The notes beneath the pieces are model-generated. The model had not been told where the DNA came from and ran no database searches. It saw only the letters and a program-made list of their open reading frames with translations. Positions 11,101-18,601 of a stretch of 64,000 nt of DNA are shown here, in pieces (the stretch's first letter is position 1; the number at the start of each line of letters is the position of its first letter). Origin of the DNA: Bacteroidales bacterium (GTDB taxonomy: Bacteria; Bacteroidota; Bacteroidia; Bacteroidales; UBA932); the NCBI GenBank assembly GCA_021371955.1, contig JAJFVD010000014.1, positions 20,538 through 84,537 on the forward strand, given 5' to 3'. The position numbers were made by a program, and so were the translations under genes.

Positions 11101-11499
11101 TATGTTATTATCCTTCGAAATAGTTTTTGACTTTTCGTCTACCGTCTCTTTATGTGCAATAATCACTACATTATTTACAATATTATAAGATAGGGATGTT
11201 CCTTCGAGAACCGATTTTAATATCTCATCAAGTGTATTATTTGTAAAAGTCTTATTGACTACTGCCACCTCTTGTTTAAGGCTTTCGGAATCATAAAAAA
11301 AATTAACACCTAACTGAATTTGCATCTTCTTTACAGATGATACAACTGTCGAGTTTTCGAATTTGATTGAGTATTTTGCCTGAGTTTGTGCCAGAATCTG
11401 TGAGCCTCCGGAAGAAAAAACAAACAAAAACATTAAAATTAACCCCCAAAGCCCTTTTGAAAATAGGCGTCTGGTGCGGATTGAACAGTTTTTTTCCAT
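8110..11499 (-). CDS. SusC/RagA TonB-dependent transporter with N-terminal STN domain
   Basis: 1129 aa; plug motif VLKDASASAIYGSRGANGVVLISTRKG; terminal Phe. Confidence 0.95.
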   Translation of the reverse strand: MEKNCSIRTRRLFSKGLWGLILMFLFVFSSGGSQILAQTQAKYSIKFENSTVVSSVKKMQIQLGVNFFYDSESLKQEVAVVNKTFTNNTLDEILKSVLEGTSLSYNIVNNVVIIAHKETVDEKSKTISKDNNITVSGVVLDKKGESVIAANIWLVGTKIGAYTDIDGAFTIVMPANGVLEVSAISYETKQVTPNGANHLVITMNDDAINLKELVVIGYGTIKKGDVTGSVASIKSEDITKQAVLSADQALQGRLPGVQVVSNSGSPGGSASVRIRGIGTVNDAEPLYVVDGMPVSSISYLNTNDITSMEVLKDASASAIYGSRGANGVVLISTRKGNAGKTKISFSGYAGVQNSINNQQLLNGPQWYDLQAEINKTRTNKIDLSKVNRNTSTDWMKEVTQVAPIQNYNLDVNGGEGDILYAASVGYFNQDGTIKGTKFDRLTLRLNSEAKIMKNVTLGSNLSLSIANRAQVLEGSESWGIVSTAVRLEPVVPVYNADGTYGSSPYVDSNNPVASIQYTDTQYKNLNLVGNIFLNIDILKNLKFKSTFGVDMKKEDYYDFVPQYFVSTTQKNDESIISRGYLKRDNWLWENTLNYNKTFAEKHSLNALVGYTMEETREENLFGSKKGVPADLASLKYLNAAQNATSASVSGAAWESAMISYLGRVNYGFDDRILATLSLRADGSSKFAKQNRYAIFPSFSLAWKINNEKFFRQLNYDWVNALKLRAGWGQIGNQNIGNYLFQSTLTSGAQYRYLYGMPESIYQGVVAVGMANDKIKWETSESENFGLDIVLFKNLNIVTDYFIKTTKDMLLMEPIPYHMGFETGPVTNVGSVRNKGIEFQISWKGSFSNDFYYSIGANFSSINNKVLSLGTGKAIPGGSVFQKGYATLTQVGYPIGVYWGFKTDGLVQNDAQLTEVKTRQPSAGLGDVIYKDINGYNADGKTLSGVPDGKLNDADKTMIGSPIPDFTYGINLGFGYKGLEFSAFFDGVQGNEIFNATRSYIYGTNSIYNKHIDVLDYWTPENTNTTMPRVNGNDINDNLRISDRYVEDGSFIRLKNIQLTYTFPKSFTSKLKIEGIKVYVSAQNLLTITKYSGLYPEIGQLSTSNYLSRGVDMGTYPQNRTITGGLSINF

Positions 11500-11608
11500 A
11501 GTTACATAATTAAATTTAAGATTTGATAGTAATAAGACTCATAACAAATGAAAAATCCCTACTCAGATGCAGGGATTTATTAAATTTTCATAAAAAAGGG
11601 GTAAAAAA

Positions 11609-12652
11609 CTAATATTTGTAAAGATGAATCACCCCATCTTTATACTCTGCCCTGAATTTTTTGGCGGCACTTAAAATTTCTGTAACCTCTTTAAGATTTA
11701 AGTCATCCGGAATATTGCCGACAAAAGATATTTTTTTAATTTCTTCTTCATGGAAGCGAACAGACACATTATACCATTGGGAGAGCTCCTTGGCTAAGTC
11801 CTTCAGGGACATGTTGTCAAAACAAATACAACCATCTTTCCAGAATATGTTTTCGGACCGGTCCGTCTCTTTTGTGGAAATTTCTTTCTTTTCAATATTA
11901 TAAAGTAGTGTCTGATTAGGTAATAGAATATTTTCATTCTCACCTATCTTAAGGGCAACCTTACCCTCTGTGAGGCAGATTTTAAGTTCATCTGAATCCG
12001 AATAGGATTTCAGGTTGAAAATCGTTCCGTAAACTATAACTGAGAGGTCGTTTTTCATGTCAACTATAAAAGGAACCTTTGCCTTTTCAATTTCAAAAAA
12101 CAAATGACCGGTTGCCCTAATTTTCCTCTGCTTTGTAGAAAATTTTGAAGGGAAAGACAGTGCGGAATTTGATGTTGCCCATATTTTTGATCCGTCTTCA
12201 AGTGTTATCGAATATCTCATCCCTTTTGGCACTTTTATCTGGACTCTCTCATTTCCTGATGTATTAATAGACTCTTCACCCGTCCCGCTTTTTAATATTA
12301 CCCGTCCCTCTTCTACAAGCATCCGGCTGTTTCTATATTCGTTTACATAGGTCTTCTCTCCTATCTTAATTATAAAGTCGCTTTCACTAAGAGTAAGTTC
12401 TGCGGATAAATTATCGCCCCTGCCTAAACTGCTGTCCGGAGTAAACATTGGAAGAACTGCCAATAGAAGCAATATGGCAGCTGCAGCCACCGATAGATAA
12501 ATAAACCTTCTTCTTTTTAAAGTTCTCCTTCTGCTTAGCAGAAGCTCGTTCAGCTCCTTAAAGCCATCTTCAGGATCATACTTATTATCAATGTCCATGC
12601 ATTTATCCCAAACCCAATCTATTTTCTCTTTGTTCCCTTCCATTATGTCCAT
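11609..12652 (-). CDS. FecR-family anti-sigma factor
   Basis: Single TM; TLEDGSKIW..NSALSFP, VYGTIFN, LSQWYNV; lies between ECF sigma and SusC. Confidence 0.88.
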   Translation of the reverse strand: MDIMEGNKEKIDWVWDKCMDIDNKYDPEDGFKELNELLLSRRRTLKRRRFIYLSVAAAAILLLLAVLPMFTPDSSLGRGDNLSAELTLSESDFIIKIGEKTYVNEYRNSRMLVEEGRVILKSGTGEESINTSGNERVQIKVPKGMRYSITLEDGSKIWATSNSALSFPSKFSTKQRKIRATGHLFFEIEKAKVPFIVDMKNDLSVIVYGTIFNLKSYSDSDELKICLTEGKVALKIGENENILLPNQTLLYNIEKKEISTKETDRSENIFWKDGCICFDNMSLKDLAKELSQWYNVSVRFHEEEIKKISFVGNIPDDLNLKEVTEILSAAKKFRAEYKDGVIHLYKY

Positions 12653-12677
12653 TATAGTTTATATAGATACTTTAAGG

Positions 12678-13172
12678 CTAAATATTCCCTACAAACTCTT
12701 TAATTTTTTTCATTGCCTTTGAAATGTGATTGTCGACAGTCTTTACAGAAATTTCCATCTGAACAGCAATTTTTGCATATGAAAGCCCCTGTTTTTTGTT
12801 GAGTAGAAAAACTTTTTTGCACTGCTCCGGAAGCGAATTAATTGCTCTGTCCAGTAATTCCAGCTTAGCCAGCTCTTCGTCATCAAAATCGTCTTCCAAA
12901 GCTGAATCGTAAAGTTTTTCGTAGTTTATTCTGTCGGAATGTTTTTCGTGAATTGCCTTTCTTCTTTTGTCCAGCAGACATCTGTTATAAACCGCTTTAA
13001 TCAGATATGCTTTAAGTGAAGTATTGATTTGGAGTTTGTCCTTTTTCTCAATAATTGATAGAAAAACCTCCTGGACCGCACCTTTGGCCAATGAAGAATC
13101 CTTTAAAATTTTCTCAGCAAAAACACAAAGTCTGGGATATAACTCGAAATAAGCCTTTTCAATTTCTTTCAT
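12678..13172 (-). CDS. ECF sigma-70 factor (PUL-type)
   Basis: AVQEVFL, LPEQCKKVFLL, SYAKIA..MEISVKTVDNHISKA. Confidence 0.92.
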   Translation of the reverse strand: MKEIEKAYFELYPRLCVFAEKILKDSSLAKGAVQEVFLSIIEKKDKLQINTSLKAYLIKAVYNRCLLDKRRKAIHEKHSDRINYEKLYDSALEDDFDDEELAKLELLDRAINSLPEQCKKVFLLNKKQGLSYAKIAVQMEISVKTVDNHISKAMKKIKEFVGNI

Positions 13173-13447
13173 AGCAATATAACAGAGCGATTCTTCTTAG
13201 TCGAATTTCCCAATTAATGAATTTTAATGCAATAATCACAAAAATAGTAAATATTCCATTGACATTCTTCCTCTTTTAGGAAAGTGTTGAAAATCGTTTC
13301 TAAATTCTATTTATCCGTTTTCTCTTCATTTAAAAATTTCTATTATTAACCAAAAAAATCTGTTTTTTCCATTTTTCTATTTCTTAAAGTGCTGTTATAT
13401 TAATATTTATGACTAAATTAGAACGTAAACCAATTAAATTCTAATTT

Positions 13448-14536
13448 ATGATTACAAAATCTTTGGCACTTGCAGCGGTAGTTGTTATCCTACTTGCGTC
13501 TTGTGAAAAAACACCTGCGACAAATTATTCTCAACAAGTCAAATCGGTAAGAATCCGTATTGACCCTAACAATTTTGTTGACACAAAATCAATTGGTCCA
13601 AAACTTACTCCGGTTGACAAATTCGCTACACCAACAAAGCTCTGGATTTATATTTCAAAGGCAAATGGCGAACTATCAAGAATAATTCCTGTTGCAACCT
13701 CGGAACTTGAGGTGAATGGCGATCAGCCTGGTTTGACAATAGACGCACTTAAAACAGGGTTCGAAATTAAAAACATCTCAACAGAATCCTCAACTATCCA
13801 GATAATTGCAAATCCAAAGACAGAGAGTATCCCGGATGCAACTCTCAAATCCATGCTATCAGCAAATCAGGTTAAGGCACTGTCAACAGAAATCCGGTAC
13901 GAATCGGACCCTCAGCTAGTGACATTGTATGCCGAAGCACCTATCGTAAAGCTAAACTCATCTCTGTATTCTGCCAATATGGAACTGAAACCCATTGTTT
14001 CGCGCCTTCAGATAAAACTCGATTACGACCGGACCACTATGGTGGATGTAAATTTTAAGGGAGTGTTCTTAAGAAACATCTACAAGAAGGTGAACTTTTC
14101 CGGCACCGGCAGCATTTTGTACTCTCCAGGCTCTTTATCTTCCCCGGCCGGAACCGATTCCCTGCTTTTTTCCGATAGTTATTACTCCGGATCGTTTGTG
14201 CACAATTCCGGCGGGTTTTCATCTGCAGACACCACCGGCAAAGTCTTCGGCTTCCAGTTCTTCCCTGCCGCTGCACCGCTAGTAAATCCTGAGGTAATAG
14301 TAAAATATTCCGCCCGGGCAAAAACTGCTGAATTCAGGGAACTTTGCTTTGAAAGAGTAATCAGCTTTAAAAACATTGATGGCTCTGTTTTTTCCAACTG
14401 GCAACCGGGGAAATTATATAATTTTAAGATAGTTGTGGGTAGGGGTAACGAAGATCCGGTGGCAGACAAGGCTGCATTGGGTGTTTCGATTACAATGGCA
14501 AGCTGGGGAGAGGAAAATATCTTGTCGGTTATATAA
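13448..14536 (+). CDS. Lipoprotein, type V pilin/fimbrillin-like
   Basis: Lipobox LLASC; DTKS processing-like site; LKPIVSRLQI; WQPGKLY; C-terminal VSITMASW strand. Confidence 0.6.
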   Translation: MITKSLALAAVVVILLASCEKTPATNYSQQVKSVRIRIDPNNFVDTKSIGPKLTPVDKFATPTKLWIYISKANGELSRIIPVATSELEVNGDQPGLTIDALKTGFEIKNISTESSTIQIIANPKTESIPDATLKSMLSANQVKALSTEIRYESDPQLVTLYAEAPIVKLNSSLYSANMELKPIVSRLQIKLDYDRTTMVDVNFKGVFLRNIYKKVNFSGTGSILYSPGSLSSPAGTDSLLFSDSYYSGSFVHNSGGFSSADTTGKVFGFQFFPAAAPLVNPEVIVKYSARAKTAEFRELCFERVISFKNIDGSVFSNWQPGKLYNFKIVVGRGNEDPVADKAALGVSITMASWGEENILSVI

Positions 14537-14546
14537 GCAAGCTTTT

Positions 14547-14655
14547 TTCCCCTGGGGAAATTTGTTAAGTAGCTCACAGCTTGCAATTTAAACCATTTTC
14601 CCAAAAGTAGCTATCTCATTCATTTTCTGCAAATTAACAAATTTCCCCTGGGGAA
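14547..14655. repeat. 95-bp-spaced inverted-arm element, copy 1 (TTCCCC arm type)
   Basis: TTCCCCTGGGGAAATTTGTTA ... TAACAAATTTCCCCTGGGGAA; core centres 14553/14649 (96 apart). Confidence 0.9.
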
Positions 14656-14713
14656 GGCAGCTCGTGAGGCAATCGCATCATAAAATCCTGTGCTTTTGCA
14701 TCATCAATCCTAC

Positions 14714-14738
14714 ACTCCTGCTTAGGCGGGAGTTTTTT
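14714..14738 (+). terminator. Intrinsic terminator downstream of the pilin gene
   Basis: ACTCCTGC-ttag-GCGGGAGT followed by a T-run. Confidence 0.7.
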
Positions 14739-14867
14739 ATACTATGTAATATGCATAGTGTAACTCATTTTCTCAAATTCTCTTTTTTACACTCTCATTT
14801 GGAATTGATTTAAAATTATCGTTATATTGCGCGCCGTAAAGAAAATTTTAAACAAAACCCTACCTAT

Positions 14868-16400
14868 ATGCTACTTCATCAACAATTTGTACGGATGGCA
14901 AAGAAGCATGCCAAAAAGCTTGCAATTATTGATAGAACAACGGAAAAACGAGTTAATTATTCAACGGCACTTATTGGTGCCCTTATCCTGAATTCTAAAT
15001 TCAAAAAGTATGATGAAGGGTTTATCGGCATTATGATTCCTACTTCCGCAGGCTGCGCGCTTGCAACAGTGGGGGCTTTGATGAGTGGCAGAATACCAGT
15101 GATGATAAATTATTCTACGGGTGCCGAGGCTAATGCAAAATATGCTCAAACGAAGTGCAAATTCAAAACTATAATTACCTCCAAAGCATTGCTGGAAAAA
15201 ATCAACTGCCCTGTTATCGACGGCATGGTAATGATTGAAGATATCATGGCAAGTGTGTCCACCGGCGAAAAGCTGAAGGCCGCTCTCATAAGCAAGTTCC
15301 CTGTAGGCGTTGTCCTCAACAGCATTCATAAGGGGGACGAAAATGACACCGCTGTAATTCTGTTTACAAGCGGAAGCGAAAAGGACCCGAAAGCTGTTCA
15401 GCTTACACACCGCAACATATCTTCAAATATTGAGAATTTTGGCACATACGAAAATATTACAGAATCCGATGTGATTCTGGCGAATCTGGTTTTCTTCCAC
15501 GTATTCGGGCTCACAGTAAACCTATGGGTATCTTTCTATTACGGAATGACCATGGTCTGCTATGCAAACCCTCTCGATTTTGCGACAGTCAGCAAAATTG
15601 CGCGCGAAGAGAAGCCTACGGTTATGGTTGGTACTCCGAGTTTCTTCTGGGGTTATCTGCATAAATCGGAACCGGGGGACTTTAAATCTCTCAGGCTGAT
15701 GGTATCCGGGGCCGACAAATGTCCCGATGCGCTAAGGGAAGGTTTCATGAAAAAACACGGAGTAACTCTGATGGAGGGCTACGGAGCAACCGAGACATCA
15801 CCGGTAATATCTGCAAACTCGCAGGAATTTAACAGGCCGGGAAGTACCGGACGTGTTATTCCGGGTGTTCAGGTGAGGCTGGAGAATTTTGAAACCGGAG
15901 AAGAGTGCAAAACCGGAGAAGTCGGTAAGGTTTTGGTTAAGGGCGATTCTGTTATGAAAGGATATTACGACGACCCTGAACTCACAGCCGAAGCTCTTGA
16001 AGACGGATGGTACAACACCGGCGACATGGGATTCTTCGACGAAGACAACTACCTCTGGCATGCCGGCAGGTTTAAACGGTTTGTAAAGATTGGCGGGGAG
16101 ATGGTTTCTCTTGTCAAGGTCGAGAACACCCTTGAAAAGCACCTTCCAACCGGGGTATCATGCTGCGTTGTGGACATATCCGACGAAAAGAGAGGATCGG
16201 CAATTATAGCAACCGTAACCATTGAAGTGAACAAGGCCGAAATCCTTAAGAAGATGGGCGCCGAACTGCCAAACATCGCACTTCCAAAACAATTTATCGT
16301 TATTCGCGAACTGCCAATGATGGGCACCGGTAAAATCGACTTCCGCACCGTCACGAAGATAGTTCAGGATATCCTGAGCGAGTCCGAAAGCCAGAGCTAG
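14868..16400 (+). CDS. AMP-binding enzyme, similar to the acyl-ACP synthetase half of Aas
   Basis: ILFTSGSEKDPK, YGATETSP, WYNTGDMG, KIGGEMVSL, GTGKID. Confidence 0.85.
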   Translation: MLLHQQFVRMAKKHAKKLAIIDRTTEKRVNYSTALIGALILNSKFKKYDEGFIGIMIPTSAGCALATVGALMSGRIPVMINYSTGAEANAKYAQTKCKFKTIITSKALLEKINCPVIDGMVMIEDIMASVSTGEKLKAALISKFPVGVVLNSIHKGDENDTAVILFTSGSEKDPKAVQLTHRNISSNIENFGTYENITESDVILANLVFFHVFGLTVNLWVSFYYGMTMVCYANPLDFATVSKIAREEKPTVMVGTPSFFWGYLHKSEPGDFKSLRLMVSGADKCPDALREGFMKKHGVTLMEGYGATETSPVISANSQEFNRPGSTGRVIPGVQVRLENFETGEECKTGEVGKVLVKGDSVMKGYYDDPELTAEALEDGWYNTGDMGFFDEDNYLWHAGRFKRFVKIGGEMVSLVKVENTLEKHLPTGVSCCVVDISDEKRGSAIIATVTIEVNKAEILKKMGAELPNIALPKQFIVIRELPMMGTGKIDFRTVTKIVQDILSESESQS

Positions 16401-16410
16401 TTTCGCTGGG

Positions 16411-16469
16411 GACGCCTTTTTCCCCGACGCCCTTTCCCCCGACGCCCTTTCTCCGACGCCGTTTTCCCC
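16411..16469 (+). repeat. 4 tandem ~15-bp units GACGCCNTTTTCCCC
   Basis: Units start at 16411, 16426, 16441 and 16455; the last is the outer half of the copy 2 left arm. Confidence 0.85.
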
Positions 16470-16572
16470 AGGGGAAATTTGTTATGTCGCTCATAACGTG
16501 CAACTTAAACCTCTGAGCCAAAAAGGGCTATTTCATTCATCTACTGCAAATTACCAAATTTCCCCTGGGGAA
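16464..16572. repeat. Inverted-arm element, copy 2
   Basis: TTCCCCAGGGGAAATTTGTTA ... TACCAAATTTCCCCTGGGGAA; centres 16470/16566 (96). Confidence 0.9.
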
Positions 16573-16624
16573 AAACGGCACCCTGACGGTTGGCTGCGCA
16601 CACGGTGTCGGCCTTCCTTCTCCG

Positions 16625-16696
16625 CCTCTGGACTCACCCCTCCACCCTTGGGGTCACCCCTCCACCTCTGGACTCACCACTCCACCCCTGGGGTCA
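16625..16696 (+). repeat. Tandem 20-bp units in an ABAB pattern
   Basis: cctctggactcacccctcca / cccttggggtcacccctcca / cctctggactcaccactcca / cccctggggtca. Confidence 0.85.
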
Positions 16697-16788
16697 TTTG
16701 GTACTCCACTGGTTATAAGCCAATTACCAAAATCACTTAAAACACTAAGTACCTGTAAATATGCACGATACCAAATGACCCCTGGGGT
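16684..16788. repeat. Inverted-arm element, copy 3 (ACCCC...TCATTTGGTA arm type)
   Basis: ACCCCTGGGGTCATTTGGTA ... TACCAAATGACCCCTGGGGT; centres 16689/16783 (94). Confidence 0.9.
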
Positions 16789-16864
16789 GGTGAGGGGGCC
16801 GTTTCGTACGTCGAAGCACCAAAAACGAAAAATCATCGTAATTTCGCAGGAAATTTCGGAACAG

Positions 16865-17377
16865 ATGCCAGACTTGGGGAGCAGCTTCGCAGCCATAGAC
16901 TTTGAAACCGCAAACGGATACCGGTGCAGCGTGTGCAGCGTTGGAATCGTGATTGTCCGTAACGGCCGGATTGTTGACTCCATATACAGGCTCATCCGCC
17001 CTGTGCCAAACTTCTACAACTACTGGAACACCCGCGTCCACGGACTCACTGCTCAGGATACCAATGATGCTTATGAGTTTCCAATGGTATGGGCCGAGAT
17101 TTCACCGCAAATTCAGGGGCTGCCACTGGTAGCGCACAACAGTCCTTTTGACGAAGGGTGTCTCAAGGCAGTTCACAACCACTTTGACATGCCCTACCCG
17201 GGATACCAGTTTCACTGTACTCTGCGTGCCTCGCGTCGCCTCTTTCCACACCTCTCAAATCATCAACTCCACACCGTATCCGCCCATTGCGGCTTCGACC
17301 TAAAAAACCATCACAACGCCCTTGCCGATGCAGAGGCCGCTGCAGTCATTGCCCTAAAAGCTTTTTCCCGTTCCTGA
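16865..17377 (+). CDS. DEDDh 3'-5' exonuclease (DnaQ-like)
   Basis: IDFETAN, LVAHNSPFD, HHNALADA; start trimmed to ATG 16865 because the upstream extension is repeat-derived. Confidence 0.9.
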   Translation: MPDLGSSFAAIDFETANGYRCSVCSVGIVIVRNGRIVDSIYRLIRPVPNFYNYWNTRVHGLTAQDTNDAYEFPMVWAEISPQIQGLPLVAHNSPFDEGCLKAVHNHFDMPYPGYQFHCTLRASRRLFPHLSNHQLHTVSAHCGFDLKNHHNALADAEAAAVIALKAFSRS

Positions 17378-17513
17378 AACAGGTTGTCTTACTTTCGCCG
17401 CAAAAATATTTTCGCCACCAAATGGGGCAAGATAGGTGCTCCTGCGTCGCAGGTCTACGCCTTCGGCGGCAAAACCGCACCATATTTGCTAGTAATTGAT
17501 TGTTGACCAAAAA

Positions 17514-17558
17514 ATTGTTAAAGATTTTGAGATATGATATCTCAGAATCTTTAGCAAT
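17514..17558 (+). other. 22-bp-arm near-perfect palindrome
   Basis: ATTGTTAAAGATTTTGAGATAT-g-ATATCTCAGAATCTTTAGCAAT; both mismatches are T/G pairs. Confidence 0.7.
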
Positions 17559-17654
17559 CATCTAACAATCAGCAACATCCCAAGAACAAAAAGGAACAAA
17601 AAGATTGTATTTCTTTTTGTTCATAGGAATTATCTGCAAAACAGGTCGTTGACT

Positions 17655-17694
17655 AAAAACATAGCGGCCGGAACCCTGAGGTTCCGGCCGCTAT
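17655..17694 (-). terminator. Intrinsic terminator of the minus-strand M28/DUF6263-like operon
   Basis: Perfect 15-bp stem ATAGCGGCCGGAACC-ctga-GGTTCCGGCCGCTAT; T-run on the minus strand. Confidence 0.8.
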
Positions 17695-17726
17695 ACAACA
17701 TTCTCAATCAATAGTTTATCTATATA

Positions 17727-18575
17727 TTACAGTTCAACTGTTGTCGAAATAACCTTCACTTTCTGGGTCATTGGAATGCTCATGTTCTGCTGGCCGCTTA
17801 CAGTTATTGTTGAATTCATTTCGGTATTGCCCTCAGAATATACAACAATCGATGCAGTCGGGTCGAAATAGAAGAAACCGGTAACCTCGCCTGTACCTTC
17901 AAGGAACAGATCCATGTTCATTTGTTTACCTTTTCCTGCAAGTTCCATAGATGATTTATAGCTGATTTTGTAAACATTCTTACCTTCTCTCATCTCTTTG
18001 CCAACTAAGGTGTATTCTGTTTCCATGGCTGTTGTCATTAATGACATCGGATTAGAAGGACCATTGTTAACTGTATCAATCTGTTTTTCATTCCATACTT
18101 CGCCTACTTTCACCTCTCTTGCAGGGAGTGCCTGTAGTTTCACAAATCCCTGGAAAGAGCCAACTTTCGAAAAGTCTTCGGTTGTGTCAATTAGTTTGCC
18201 TGATATGGATTTACCGGTCTGGTCGTATTCTGCGCAAATATTTTCCTTTTTGAAATCGCTTTTTTTGACAACATCTTCTTTGCCCATTGCCACTGTTGTT
18301 GCAGCTAAATCAAGAATTGTCACAAGAGCAGTAGCGTTATTTTTCGCATCTACTTTTGAAATTTTGTATTCCGATACAACACCAACATTACTTGTTGCCT
18401 TCATTTCCTGACCCATCATAGACTGAACCATCTCGTTAGTGAGGTTCATAGTTGTTTTAAAGGATTTTCCCTCTTTGAAATTATACTTCAGCATAACTGA
18501 TTCCTGTCCGAACGATGCGTTAGATGTAATTACAAATACGAATAGAAGCGTGAGTGTTAAAAAAACTCTTTTCAT
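17727..18575 (-). CDS. Exported protein, DUF6263-like
   Basis: Signal peptide; LKYNFKEGK, Q.MMGQ.M pattern; beta-rich; family assigned from memory. Confidence 0.55.
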   Translation of the reverse strand: MKRVFLTLTLLFVFVITSNASFGQESVMLKYNFKEGKSFKTTMNLTNEMVQSMMGQEMKATSNVGVVSEYKISKVDAKNNATALVTILDLAATTVAMGKEDVVKKSDFKKENICAEYDQTGKSISGKLIDTTEDFSKVGSFQGFVKLQALPAREVKVGEVWNEKQIDTVNNGPSNPMSLMTTAMETEYTLVGKEMREGKNVYKISYKSSMELAGKGKQMNMDLFLEGTGEVTGFFYFDPTASIVVYSEGNTEMNSTITVSGQQNMSIPMTQKVKVISTTVEL

Positions 18576-18601
18576 TTTTTGATGTGTTAATTATTAATTG
18601 A

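Noticed and set aside
14549-14571. Arm as a XerCD dif-like site (ATTTGTTAAGT resembles the XerD arm TTATGTTAAAT)
   Set aside because: No XerC-like half-site 6 bp upstream, and bases after TGTTA are not conserved across copies.
16498-16864. ORFs 16498..16740, 16654..16995, 16745..17041 and the 30-aa N-terminal extension of the exonuclease
   Set aside because: They are translations of repeat DNA or antisense shadows; the exonuclease domain starts at ATG 16865.
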